A stretch of 35,903 nt of DNA, the filler included, from an uncultured Methanosarcinales archaeon (GTDB taxonomy: Archaea > Nanobdellota > Nanobdellia > Woesearchaeales > CAYVYK01): assembly GCA_964455675.1 (NCBI GenBank). It is 5 parts of 5 records of this genome, joined end to end, with 100 filler letters (N's around TTAATTAATTAA, not from the genome) between each part and the next. Parts side by side here need not be neighbours in the genome. Positions count along the whole stretch, not along the records: positions 22,941 to 28,029 come from CAYVYK010000023.1; positions 28,130 to 32,252 come from CAYVYK010000024.1; positions 32,353 to 35,903 come from CAYVYK010000025.1; 2 more parts are not named here. One strand, written 5' to 3'. Each line of letters begins with the position of its first letter. Within the stretch, counting starts at the first letter, position 1. Below the pieces are notes generated by a model, which did not search any database, was not told the DNA's origin, and saw nothing but the letters and a program-made list of their open reading frames with translations. The position numbers were made by a program, and so were the translations under genes. Of the stretch, positions 26,466-35,903 are shown in pieces.

Positions 26466-28029
26466 CAGCAGGTCACCGTCTGTTCTAATTGGTCAAGTGG
26501 CGGGTCGCAGTCGGACATCATGTCGATCCGCAGAATAAACTCAAGTGTCAGGGGCTCAAAACGCCGGGGGCCATCCATAACCTGCCCGATCGTTGGGTCA
26601 CTGCAACTCACAAGGATCTCCATGCTAAATGTCCTGTCGATACCAATATACTGATAAGGGCTCGCAGCAGAACACACTTCATTCAGTGGTGAGTTTGGAC
26701 CGAGCAGACCGAGCCGGTAACTTGAGTTAATCTTGAGGAAGTCCTCACGCGCGGGCGAGCCGATCAGTGGGCACTCCACCCTTGGAGTGATACCATCAAC
26801 GCTCGTCTGGAGGAACGTGCCGTTACCAAATGGCATGTTAATTGGGATAACCGTCGGCTGAACACCGAAGTTAAACAGCGGAGTGTTATTCACATCAAAC
26901 TGCACGAATGACGATGTACACGTTATGTTTGTTTCAAGAAGGAATCGGGCCATACTCCGGTCAATGTCCTCGAGAATCTTCAAGGGCCGCATGTCCTCAT
27001 TACTGAGTTGCATGTCAAGGAATTTCTCAATGCTTGAATTGTACACTCTTCCAGGTGACGGACATCCATTCGTGTCATAAAACACCGCACGGCACGGCTT
27101 GTAACTTGCGAGCTGCTCCGGAATGGAACCGAGAACCCCCTGCTCACCGTAGAACACAAGCCAGTTCACGAGATTCTTATAGAGGTACCATGTCTTAAAA
27201 TTCCACACATACGAATCAGAAATGTCCTGCCTAGTCATAAGATTCTCACGATCTATACCTGCGGTTACGTTCGTCGCAATCGCCATAACCTGATCGTTCT
27301 CAAGACGCAGGTAGGTATAATTTTTTATGACATACTTTGCGATGGCATTGCCAAAATTCGCGTAGATTGCGGCGAGCTCCGCAGGATCTGCCGCGTACGC
27401 GAAATTATTTGGGTAGTTGCTGCCGCCCACTTGCGCAATCGTCTGCATGGTCGCAAGATCAAAGTCCCCTCCTGCCTCTCCAAAACCAACGGCATACACC
27501 TCGATCCCATACTTCTCATGGGCTTGCCTGGCAAACTCAATCGCTTGAGACTTCGGATCTCCTGAGGCATCAAGCAGCAAGCATTCCTCCTGCACGTCAC
27601 TACTATCAAAGTTAATGTTGGCCTCACCATCGCTCATCACGACGATGTTCAGCGGCTTGTCGCTCGAAAAATTCGCCGGAGGAGGCGCAGGAACAAGAAG
27701 CTGTACTGCCCGATAGATGCCACAAGCTATGCACGTGCCGCCAAGGGGATCAGCCATGCTCTCAATCGTGTGCTCCAAGGATGCTTGATCATCACTCACC
27801 TGATGATCAACACGAGCGTCATAGTCATAGGACACGAGTCCAATCTTCGCACCGGGTGTACGATTAAATACCGTCCTGATGAGCACGAGATTCACGTCCT
27901 TTGCCGTCACCCATTTCACCTGACCGCCCATCATTTGGGCCATGCTTCCCGAGTGGTCAGTCACGATCACGGAATTTCCAGGAATCTTGATCGTCGCATT
28001 ATCAATCGCCGGAAAACTGATGTTGTAAA
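26465..28029 (-). CDS. vWA-domain protein, 5'-truncated by the contig end
   Basis: MIDAS DHSGS, GGTCIACGI, VMSDG and YAVGFG. The frame is open from GTG 27970 up to the gap; the stop overlaps the next ATG. Confidence 0.85.
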
Positions 28030-28129
28030 NNNNNNNNNNNNNNNNNNNNNNNNNNNNNNNNNNNNNNNNNNNNTTAATTAATTAANNNNNNNNNNNNNNN
28101 NNNNNNNNNNNNNNNNNNNNNNNNNNNNN
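28030..28129. other. Artificial contig linker
   Basis: N-run with TTAATTAATTAA. Confidence 0.98.
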
Positions 28130-28424
28130 CTACGGATAGCCCCAAACTCACTGTCGTTCGTAGGTTCGCTGACGCGAACCACCACCCCCGTGTTGTGGAA
28201 CGCTCAGGAGCAACTATCGGAATTCCTTCGCGTCTCCAGGCGGACAATAACGCAGACAGCAATAAACAGAGGCAACTTCAAGCACCGCTAGTTGCCGACT
28301 GAAACCGGCCGACCAACGGGAGGCCGACCGTCCTACTCTATGATGATATTCGACAATTCAAATCATCAACGACGAATCCGGAACGGGGTTTATACTCAAA
28401 TTATTATATCAGCACCTGATACTT

Positions 28425-29123
28425 ATGAAGATGACACTCGCCCAAGAACTCAAAGCGCACGCTGACAAGAAGCAAGCACGACTGCTTCAAGGATTCTTTA
28501 AGACGGGACCTGGAGAGTATGGCGAGGGAGACATGTTTCTCGGACTCAAAGTTCCCCTGGTACGAAGCATCGCGAAAAAATATGCTGGGATGCCACTACA
28601 TGAACTCGAAAAGTATCTCGCAAGCAACATTCACGAAGAACGGCTTGCCGCACTCCTGCTACTCGTCGAAGGGTCGAAGAAAAACCCAAAGGAGTCATAT
28701 GATTTCTATCTCGCGCATCTCTCGGGCGTGAACAACTGGGACCTGGTGGACTTAAGCGCGCCATACATCGTTGGGAGATATCTTCTTGTGAATCCACAAG
28801 AAAAGGGTATACTTTGGAAGCTTGCAAAGTCAAACACTATGTGGGAGCGTCGCGTGGCAATCGTTGCAACATCAATGTTCATTCGAGCAGGGAATTATCA
28901 AGAAACACTCAAGATCGCACACCTGCTGCTACGAGACAAGCATGACCTGATCCACAAAGCAGTTGGGTGGATGCTTCGTGAAATTGGTAAAAAAAATGTT
29001 GAAGTTCTTGAAAAATTCCTTAAAACACATTATCAAAGCATGCCACGAACAATGCTACGGTATGCCATTGAACGATTTCCTGATGAGAAACGAAAACGAA
29101 TTTTGTCTGGAACGATGTGGTAA
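28425..29123 (+). CDS. alkD: AlkD-family DNA alkylation repair protein
   Basis: FFKTGPGEYGEGD.FLG, NNWDLVD, WERRVA, DLIHKAVGWMLRE and MPRTMLRYAIE. Confidence 0.9.
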   Translation: MKMTLAQELKAHADKKQARLLQGFFKTGPGEYGEGDMFLGLKVPLVRSIAKKYAGMPLHELEKYLASNIHEERLAALLLLVEGSKKNPKESYDFYLAHLSGVNNWDLVDLSAPYIVGRYLLVNPQEKGILWKLAKSNTMWERRVAIVATSMFIRAGNYQETLKIAHLLLRDKHDLIHKAVGWMLREIGKKNVEVLEKFLKTHYQSMPRTMLRYAIERFPDEKRKRILSGTMW

Positions 29124-29162
29124 CAAAACTATATAAATTACCCCTGTATCGCGTGGGGGCAG

Positions 29163-29717
29163 ATGGGGCAGAAGCGTATCAAAGATTATGTCGGATCACT
29201 CATACGTCTATTCTCAACAGCGCGCAGCGATCATCCCGTAGAACAGGAACTTCACATCCACGCCATGGACATGACCACCCGCAAAGGAAGGCTCTCAAGC
29301 ACGACGAGCATGCATGATGCACTTGAATTTCTTGCATATGCGGTGCAGGCAATGCATGTTGAAATCGCAGCAAGCACGGACTATCAAGCAGAACTCCGAA
29401 AGCTCATCACGTGCGAATGCCAGCATGTGAAACAGTACGTCCACGGGCATGCGGCAGAAATCCACAAGAAGGAGTCAGGCTATACACTTCATCACCGCAA
29501 GCGCGAAGTCAAGGATACCGCAGCACACGCAAGACTCTGCGATATCGCCGATGTAATCATGGAACATGATAACGATCCACCGGATCTTGAACACATGAAC
29601 ACAGAACAAGTCGTCTCGTATGTTCGGGTCGGCATCAAGTACATGCTCCTTGACTTTGAAGCCACATACCGCGAGACGCGAGCGATCGAGCGCCTCGCCG
29701 ACCCAAAGCCGAACTAA
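29163..29717 (+). CDS. Hypothetical protein
   Basis: 184-aa ORF with a CTATATAAA box ~26 nt upstream; no family recognised. Confidence 0.65.
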   Translation: MGQKRIKDYVGSLIRLFSTARSDHPVEQELHIHAMDMTTRKGRLSSTTSMHDALEFLAYAVQAMHVEIAASTDYQAELRKLITCECQHVKQYVHGHAAEIHKKESGYTLHHRKREVKDTAAHARLCDIADVIMEHDNDPPDLEHMNTEQVVSYVRVGIKYMLLDFEATYRETRAIERLADPKPN

Positions 29718-30364
29718 GCATAGTACTTCTTATCAACACCAACCTTCCTACAGAATCTATTGATCAAACATTCTCTACACTTTGGACCGATGGGCCTGCA
29801 GACCGTCTTGCCATGAAAGACAAGAAGATCATTATAGAGCAACCAATGCTCCCGTCGAAGAAGACGCATCAACTCCTTTTCCGTCTGGAGAGGACTCTTC
29901 GTTGCCAGGATACCGAGCCGGTTACTGATGCGATGCACATGAGTGTCGACGGGAATTGCAGGAATACCAAACGCATACACGAGCACGCAGTTTGCAACCT
30001 TTCTTCCGACACCTGGAAACTTAAGCAAGCCTTCCATATTCTTGGGAACACCGCGCTCCCTGATCATTCCTGCAGTATCAATAATGAAACGAGTCTTATT
30101 GCGGTAGAAACCAATTTTTTTTATAAGCCGCTCAACATCCCTTGGGGACGCGTCTGCCAAGTCATCGACGGTCGGATACCTCCTGAATAATTCGATGCAC
30201 ACAGGAAGGGTGGTCTCATCCTTGCTTCTTGCGGAAAGAATTGTTGAAATAACAATCTGCCAGGGCTGCCAAGCGCTCATACTGGAAAGCATGGTATTCC
30301 CCTGATTCTTGCTCAGGATAGAGATCAAACGCTCAAGAGATGAGTTTTTCCTGGCGGGTGGCAT
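29714..30364 (-). CDS. nth: Endonuclease III
   Basis: HhH motif LLKFPGVGRKVAN, VDTHVHRI and the Fe-S loop C-X6-C-X2-C-X5-C. Confidence 0.95.
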   Translation of the reverse strand: MPPARKNSSLERLISILSKNQGNTMLSSMSAWQPWQIVISTILSARSKDETTLPVCIELFRRYPTVDDLADASPRDVERLIKKIGFYRNKTRFIIDTAGMIRERGVPKNMEGLLKFPGVGRKVANCVLVYAFGIPAIPVDTHVHRISNRLGILATKSPLQTEKELMRLLRREHWLLYNDLLVFHGKTVCRPIGPKCRECLINRFCRKVGVDKKYYA

Positions 30365-30899
30365 CCTTTACGACCTCATCAACCTTGGCATGCAGCTCTT
30401 GAAGTGTCCCAACATTCTCGATCAGGTAATCAGCATCTGCAATGCACTCCTTGAGCTGCATGAAGAACGGATTCCCACTCGACTCGCGCGCCTCCTTTGC
30501 CAGAAAATCATCAAAACTACCATAGTGCTCACGGTTACGATCCTTTTCGCGCGCAAAACGAACCTTCGGCGGAGCATCGACAGCGACGAGAAAGAACGAG
30601 GGCTGCATGCGCAGTGATGCCACCTCCTCAACATTGCGGATCGCCCCGATCACAAAATTCTTCTTCTTCGATTTCCTCAGAGAAGCTAGCGCTCGCTGAA
30701 CAAGTACATCCTTTCCGTGCTCTTTCCTCATTTCCTCAGCGATCACGCCAAGCTCGACGCGGTCAAGAGAACGAAACTGCTTCTTCGCCTCATCACGAAT
30801 AACGTCTGAGAGCGAGATAGCGGCAAAGTCCTTCTTCTTTAGGTAATCAAGCACTGTATCCTTACCCGAAGCAAATGTACCGGTAAGCCCAAGAATCAT
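30333..30899 (-). CDS. P-loop nucleotide kinase (dephospho-CoA/NMP kinase-like)
   Basis: ILGLTGTFASGKDT Walker A, SLSDVIR, IRNVEE and ADYLIEN. Confidence 0.8.
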   Translation of the reverse strand: MILGLTGTFASGKDTVLDYLKKKDFAAISLSDVIRDEAKKQFRSLDRVELGVIAEEMRKEHGKDVLVQRALASLRKSKKKNFVIGAIRNVEEVASLRMQPSFFLVAVDAPPKVRFAREKDRNREHYGSFDDFLAKEARESSGNPFFMQLKECIADADYLIENVGTLQELHAKVDEVVKDATRQEKLIS

Positions 30900-31357
30900 T
30901 TCTTCTCACCCCTAAAGAGCTGCTTAATCTCCCGCATGAACTCATCCATATCCTTGAACTCACGATACACCGAAGCAAAACGGATGTAGGAAATCTTGTC
31001 AGCAGTACGAAGCTGGTCCATAACGAGTTCTCCAATAACGCTACTTGGGATCTCCTTACTCTCGTATAACCGGAGCTCCTGCTCGATATTCTCGACCATC
31101 TTTGCTATCTGCTCCTCAGTCACCGGACGCTTCTCGCATGCCCTACGGATGCCGCGGATGATCTTCGTTCTGTCATACGCCTCACGGTTCCCGCTCTTCT
31201 TGATAATCGTCATCTCGAGAATCTCGACGCGCTCGTACGTCGTAAACCGCTTATTGCACGAAGTGCACTCCCTGCGGCGGCGCGTCACCTCCTCATCTTC
31301 ACTCTCGCGCTTGTCAACAACCTTGTTCTCCATTTTACCGCAGTATGGACACTTCAT
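30896..31357 (-). CDS. nrdR: Transcriptional repressor NrdR
   Basis: MKCPYC...RRRRECTSCNKRFTTYER zinc ribbon, ATP cone, and YIRFASVYREF. Confidence 0.96.
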   Translation of the reverse strand: MKCPYCGKMENKVVDKRESEDEEVTRRRRECTSCNKRFTTYERVEILEMTIIKKSGNREAYDRTKIIRGIRRACEKRPVTEEQIAKMVENIEQELRLYESKEIPSSVIGELVMDQLRTADKISYIRFASVYREFKDMDEFMREIKQLFRGEKK

Positions 31358-31480
31358 GAAATCCCCAAGAAAACAAGAAGAGGGTGGTTAATAAATGTAC
31401 CTAGCGGTTTTACGCTGCAGCATCCTTTGTCAGCATTGCTCCCCACCTCCCTCTATGCCTGCGCGAGTGGCAGGTTCAAT

Positions 31481-32209
31481 TTACTTCCACAACTGCAGCG
31501 CTTCCTCCTCGACGAAATGGAGCGTGCCAGGAATGACGAGGCACTGGGGTTTTAGGGAGAACTCACCAAGATCCGATAGCTTCGCGCAGCGAATCTCAGG
31601 TTTATCGGAACCAACACCTGCGCAACCAACAGCGAGCGCGTCCTTCTTTATGCCTTTCGCGATGAGGTATTCCACTGCTTCGGATACGGACATAAAGCGT
31701 TCGGTTGATGGATCCAGATCAAGAAGCACGAGGGAATGAAGGCCCATCTTCTGGTTCGCGCGTATGACATCGACGGGAGTCGTGACGTGCTCATTATGGA
31801 ATGGGATAGAAGTAGTCTTGCCAAATTTGTACAGCTCAAGGCCAACAATACCAATCGCGTTCAGAATGGAGGCATTGTTGACGACTTCCACGTTGACGCC
31901 GAGCTTCCTTGCACGCAGCATGAGATCAACATGGGTTGTTGCACCAAAAGGATCACCGATGATGAGAAGAGCAACGTTTTTCTTCAGAGCAGGCTTGAGG
32001 AACAGGGTCTCGGCTTGCTGTTCGACCATATCGCGGCTTGCGAGCATGATCGGCTTACCATAGGTTTTTTCCAATTCCTTCACGGTGCAACCCATCCTTG
32101 ACGTGTAGTTCTCAAGGCACACGAGGTCGGAATCCTTGATGCATTCCAAACCCTTGAGCGTAATGTCTTTAGGGGACCAGAGACCAATACCTATGAGGAA
32201 GAGCGTCAT
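31481..32209 (-). CDS. dph5: Diphthine synthase
   Basis: LFLIGIGL, LENYTS, GDPFGATTH, NASI, LELYKFGKTTSIPF, HSLVLLD and IPGTLHFVEEEAL. Confidence 0.95.
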   Translation of the reverse strand: MTLFLIGIGLWSPKDITLKGLECIKDSDLVCLENYTSRMGCTVKELEKTYGKPIMLASRDMVEQQAETLFLKPALKKNVALLIIGDPFGATTHVDLMLRARKLGVNVEVVNNASILNAIGIVGLELYKFGKTTSIPFHNEHVTTPVDVIRANQKMGLHSLVLLDLDPSTERFMSVSEAVEYLIAKGIKKDALAVGCAGVGSDKPEIRCAKLSDLGEFSLKPQCLVIPGTLHFVEEEALQLWK

Positions 32210-32252
32210 AACACTGCTTGTTTTTTTGGCGTTTATAACTGTTGCTGAAATT

Positions 32253-32352
32253 NNNNNNNNNNNNNNNNNNNNNNNNNNNNNNNNNNNNNNNNNNNNTTAA
32301 TTAATTAANNNNNNNNNNNNNNNNNNNNNNNNNNNNNNNNNNNNNNNNNNNN
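32253..32352. other. Artificial contig linker
   Basis: N-run with TTAATTAATTAA. Confidence 0.98.
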
Positions 32353-32396
32353 GTTCTTGACAAAGCTATTTAAACGGAAAAGGAACTGCCCATGCA

Positions 32397-33209
32397 ATGG
32401 GCGTTTGGGATCGTCTGCGAAAAGCGTGGGGAAGGGCGGATGAGGGCACGAGCGTGCCCATCCGGGGGGAAGCGAGTGCTCATGAGGCAAGTGACAAGCT
32501 CACGTTCTTAAGACCCTCTGACTGGAAAACGGAGACTGTCAGGCTGTACGGGCTTGAGACCAGAATTTTGCATGGTGAGTACGAGGAGCATGATCTTGTC
32601 GAGCAGTTGCACAGCGCACAAGGAGGCGTACCGCTACAAGGATTGACACAGGTCAATCAGTATCTTGCGGTAAGGACTCTGGAGGCTCTTAGTGCGCTCG
32701 ATGATGCCAAGATCGCTGGTAACCCATTCCCGATGGGCTACGTGGAACCGGTTCAGTTGCTTTCTGCCCCGACTATAGAGCAGTATGTGCATATTCTCCT
32801 TCATGACTATCCTGAATACGCTTTGTTTATCCCGGAATTCACCAGGGAGTCGACCGTGGTTGGAAGGCGCGTGCAGAATGTGACAATCACGAGCGTCGAA
32901 CAGCTCATGCGCCTCACACAGATGGCTCCTGATGGTGTGGGAAGTGAGCGTAATCCCAAGGATAGGTATGGTATTATCCGTTCTATCACGAATGATTTTG
33001 ATGCAATCGACGAGCCATTAAGCCTTGGGAGGTTGCGGCTGATTAATCCATACAGTAGAATTCTCGCTGATGCTCCGCTTGATCGCCGAAGGGACATGCT
33101 GTGGAAAATGATTCATTGTATCTATCCGTTCCGAGCAGAAAATAGGTATTGCGATGATAGCGACAATTGGATGACCGAGATTCTCGCTGCACAGGACATT
33201 GGAAGATAA
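32397..33209 (+). CDS. Hypothetical protein
   Basis: 270-aa ORF with a TATTTAAA box ~23-30 nt upstream; no family recognised. Confidence 0.7.
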   Translation: MGVWDRLRKAWGRADEGTSVPIRGEASAHEASDKLTFLRPSDWKTETVRLYGLETRILHGEYEEHDLVEQLHSAQGGVPLQGLTQVNQYLAVRTLEALSALDDAKIAGNPFPMGYVEPVQLLSAPTIEQYVHILLHDYPEYALFIPEFTRESTVVGRRVQNVTITSVEQLMRLTQMAPDGVGSERNPKDRYGIIRSITNDFDAIDEPLSLGRLRLINPYSRILADAPLDRRRDMLWKMIHCIYPFRAENRYCDDSDNWMTEILAAQDIGR

Positions 33210-33220
33210 GGATGATAGAA

Positions 33221-34387
33221 TTAGAGGTGTTCGTGCCGTTTCTTGATCTCAAGCGCGAGGGTTTCAAGCAGAGCATAGTCCGCTTGCTTTGGTGCTCCTT
33301 TCACCAATATTGGCGTAAGTATCTCTGCGTGCAATCGCTTGATCATCTGCGATGCGTCCTGCGCAACCGTTCCTCCCCAGCCATACGATCCGATAATTCC
33401 GACAAATCGTGTTTTCGGATTGAGATCATTCAAAAGGTAAAGCGCGGAGCTCATCGACGGATGCAAGCTGACGAGAAACGCGGGGCTCCCGACAATGAGC
33501 GTTGCCGCGTCAACGAGTGCCATTGCCAGCAAACCAACGTCAGCATGTTCCATATCAAACATGTGGACGGTGATACCTTGCTCCCGCAGTTTCCCCGCAA
33601 CGTGTTCCATCATCTCCTTCGTGCTGCCATGCATCGAGATGTAGAGAAGGATCGCTTCGTTCTTCACGGCATCTGATACCCAATCCTCGTGCGCCCGGAT
33701 AATAAACGACGGATTCTGGTATATAGGTCCGTGTGATGGCGCGATCATGGTGATGGGGATGCCTTTTATTTTCTCAAGGTTGCGCTTCACATGCATCCGG
33801 TACGGCATCATGATTTCTGCGTAGTATCGTTTTGCCGCCGCATACACCTTTGCCTCGTCCACGACGAAGAGTTCGTCGGTTGAGTAGTGCGATCCAAAGA
33901 AGTCGCAGGAAAAGAGTATCTGGTCCTCCTTGAGATACGTGCTCATCGTTTCCGGCCAATGCACCCATGGTGTCATGATGAACTGTAGCGTCTTTCCGCC
34001 GATAAAGAGTTCCTCTCCATCCTTCACGGTCCTGATGCGCTCTGGAGGCAGTGGCAAGAGATCAAGGAGCATGGGCTTGCATAGCTCGCTGCAAAGCACC
34101 GTTGCCATCGGATACTTCTCAAGGATGATAGGCAGGCATCCTGAGTGGTCCTGCTCCGCGTGGTTTGCGATCACGTAGTCGATCCGATCGATGCCGGATA
34201 GGTTCGCAAGGAGAACGTCTTTCATGCTTGGGTCGACGGTGTCGATGAGTACTATTTTTTCTGATCCAAAGAGTAGATAGGAATTGTATGTTGTACCGTC
34301 GGGTAGCGGTATGATCGCGTCGAAGAGCGCGCGCTTTGGGTCCCGTGCCCCAACCATCCGAATTCCAGGTTTTATTTCATCAATCAT
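33221..34387 (-). CDS. fprA: Flavodiiron protein (FprA/A-type flavoprotein)
   Basis: GTTYNSY, NHAEQDHSG, HWPETM, SCDFFG and PSHGP; flavodoxin domain YISMHGST and GSYGWGG. Confidence 0.95.
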   Translation of the reverse strand: MIDEIKPGIRMVGARDPKRALFDAIIPLPDGTTYNSYLLFGSEKIVLIDTVDPSMKDVLLANLSGIDRIDYVIANHAEQDHSGCLPIILEKYPMATVLCSELCKPMLLDLLPLPPERIRTVKDGEELFIGGKTLQFIMTPWVHWPETMSTYLKEDQILFSCDFFGSHYSTDELFVVDEAKVYAAAKRYYAEIMMPYRMHVKRNLEKIKGIPITMIAPSHGPIYQNPSFIIRAHEDWVSDAVKNEAILLYISMHGSTKEMMEHVAGKLREQGITVHMFDMEHADVGLLAMALVDAATLIVGSPAFLVSLHPSMSSALYLLNDLNPKTRFVGIIGSYGWGGTVAQDASQMIKRLHAEILTPILVKGAPKQADYALLETLALEIKKRHEHL

Positions 34388-34484
34388 CTGTGTAACGCGA
34401 TGTTCACGTTATATGAATATTTCGTTTAATCCGGAAGTATTCCGATTTTTTCCGGTGAGGGCATATTAACCAGCGTCAGCTGAC

Positions 34485-34832
34485 GTGAAAAGTATGGATA
34501 ATCTCAGAAAAGGTTTATGCATCGGCGCGATCGCTCTTGCGTCAAGTGCTGTAACATATTCGCTTGTTGCCTGCAATGCCATGCCCGTCCGCACGGATCA
34601 GCCGGTGATGTACACAGCTGCGCTCGAAGAGCGGGTAGTGACCCCTCCTGAATCCTACACAAACGAAGTCCGGCAACCACCCACAACAAGACCAGCGGTT
34701 ACGGTTATTGCAGGCTCACCTGACAAGGACTATCTCGCGTTGAAACTGAACATTGAGGTAGACTGCAGGATTGATGACATCGTGAGGAAATATCAGGATT
34801 GGCGCGCGAAGCATAAGAAATTGTTCGACTAG
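34485..34832 (+). CDS. Hypothetical exported/lipoprotein
   Basis: Hydrophobic N-terminus ending in LVAC, then a Pro/Thr-rich linker; the start may be ATG 34494. Confidence 0.6.
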   Translation: MKSMDNLRKGLCIGAIALASSAVTYSLVACNAMPVRTDQPVMYTAALEERVVTPPESYTNEVRQPPTTRPAVTVIAGSPDKDYLALKLNIEVDCRIDDIVRKYQDWRAKHKKLFD

Positions 34833-34929
34833 TCAATAGTGTGGATGCGACAGTATTATTGTCACTATAAAGTAGTCAATAATAGAAAGGTTTATATACC
34901 ACCAATTCCAGTGTCGTCGTAAGTAGAGT

Positions 34930-35823
34930 ATGAGCTGGAAAAACTATCTTGCGGCAGCAACGGTGTTTCTTGCTTCATGCAGCTCTCTTGACCAGAGGAT
35001 TACACCAAGAGCTAGCGCTACAAGGCAAGTGGTAATCCCAGTAGTGAAGGAATCTGATCATCCATTTCCTCCAAAGGCGTACCGAATGGCGCAGGAATTC
35101 TACGGAACACTTGGAGTTGATATAGCGTTTAGTGAAGAGTCTTCTGGAACTCTAGCTCCGTTTCGCATTCACGAATTGGACCAAGAGGAACTGACAGATC
35201 TGTTGATGGACCAATTTTTTTCAAATGGCTCTTTAAAGAAAAGGGATGAAGTGAGTCCCGGCTGGCGTGAAGTCTACGACCTTCTCTGTCGTAGGTCAGA
35301 AGAACATGCAGGTGAAGAGCAGTATCGTGAGACATTAAATTCGATAGTGTATGCAAACATTGGTGCGTACGCAAATGCGTCAGAAGGTATGATCTATCTT
35401 TTGAACCAGCACGCATACATCGACTGGCAGCAGAATCGCGCGCGTGAGAACTTCGAGCACGGCATGAACCAGGCAAAGTCCGAACTGGAAGGGTCAACTG
35501 AGTTGTTGCGTCAGACTCGCGAAATGCTTCGCGCAAAAGGCAAGGATACTGCTGAGCTTGACAAACTCATCGGGGAAGCTTCGGTTGCCATGGACAAATT
35601 AGCCCAGCCAGTGCATAGTCAGGTGTTGGACACTCCCTCCATTCGTTCTTATGCAGCGATGATTGCGCATGAGATTGGCCACATGGCTGGACTGCAGCAC
35701 CCGCCGCTTGAGAATGGCCCCGAAAAAAACTTGATGTATCCGGTAACGAAGGGTAGCGATCCAAGCATGGATCTCGATCCTGCACAGCAACGCCAGATCC
35801 GTGAATATTTCTCTCAAAAGTAG
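34930..35823 (+). CDS. Lipoprotein with metzincin zinc-metalloprotease motif
   Basis: Lipobox LASC; HEIGHMAGLQH zinc motif and NLMYP Met-turn; BRE/TATA GAAAGGTTTATATA upstream. Confidence 0.8.
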   Translation: MSWKNYLAAATVFLASCSSLDQRITPRASATRQVVIPVVKESDHPFPPKAYRMAQEFYGTLGVDIAFSEESSGTLAPFRIHELDQEELTDLLMDQFFSNGSLKKRDEVSPGWREVYDLLCRRSEEHAGEEQYRETLNSIVYANIGAYANASEGMIYLLNQHAYIDWQQNRARENFEHGMNQAKSELEGSTELLRQTREMLRAKGKDTAELDKLIGEASVAMDKLAQPVHSQVLDTPSIRSYAAMIAHEIGHMAGLQHPPLENGPEKNLMYPVTKGSDPSMDLDPAQQRQIREYFSQK

Positions 35824-35827
35824 ATTG

Positions 35828-35903
35828 CACGCTCTGGCCGGGACAAAAAAAATCTTTGCGGATTTTTGAGCCCCGACCTACGCATTCGCTTCGCTCACGC
35901 TCC
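35828..35903 (-). repeat. Second tRNA-3'-end-duplication/hairpin element (partial at window edge)
   Basis: CACGCTCTGGCCGGGA at 35828-35843, hairpin CAAAAAAAATC-TTTGCG-GATTTTTG at 35844-35868, and CACGCTC recurring 68 bp later at 35896. Confidence 0.65.

Noticed and set aside
31390..31415. NrdR box upstream of nrdR
   Set aside because: Only a partial half-site resemblance (TACCTAGCGGT) overlapping the TATA region; insufficient support.

Overview
The window is five contig pieces joined by 100-bp N/TTAATTAATTAA linkers (13197-13296, 22841-22940, 28030-28129, 32253-32352), so gene order across the linkers is not biological. The genome is archaeal: uS15/S13e-type rps15 next to a RecJ/GAN-like DHH gene, dph5, an XPD helicase, an intron-containing tRNA-Gln, and TATA boxes about 25 nt before mostly leaderless ATGs. 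The many bacterial-like genes suggest a DPANN lineage such as Woesearchaeota (inference). The strongest signal is missing from the ORF track: an uninterrupted minus-strand ORF of at least 1695 codons (5086 to beyond base 1). It has one PEP-synthase/PPDK ATP-grasp domain followed by three tandem modules, each a divergent ~350-aa domain plus a phospho-His swivel domain, resembling a multiplexed rifampin-phosphotransferase-like dikinase. Two of its His domains are nearly identical at the DNA level. Other notable items are a Tat lipoprotein with lytic-transglycosylase and LysM-like motifs, a bacterial ECF-sigma-like gene under an archaeal promoter, a ~69-bp element duplicating tRNA 3' ends around an A-tract/T-tract hairpin, a tandem structured RNA-like repeat, a candidate rps15 leader, and a probably frameshifted PLP aminotransferase.
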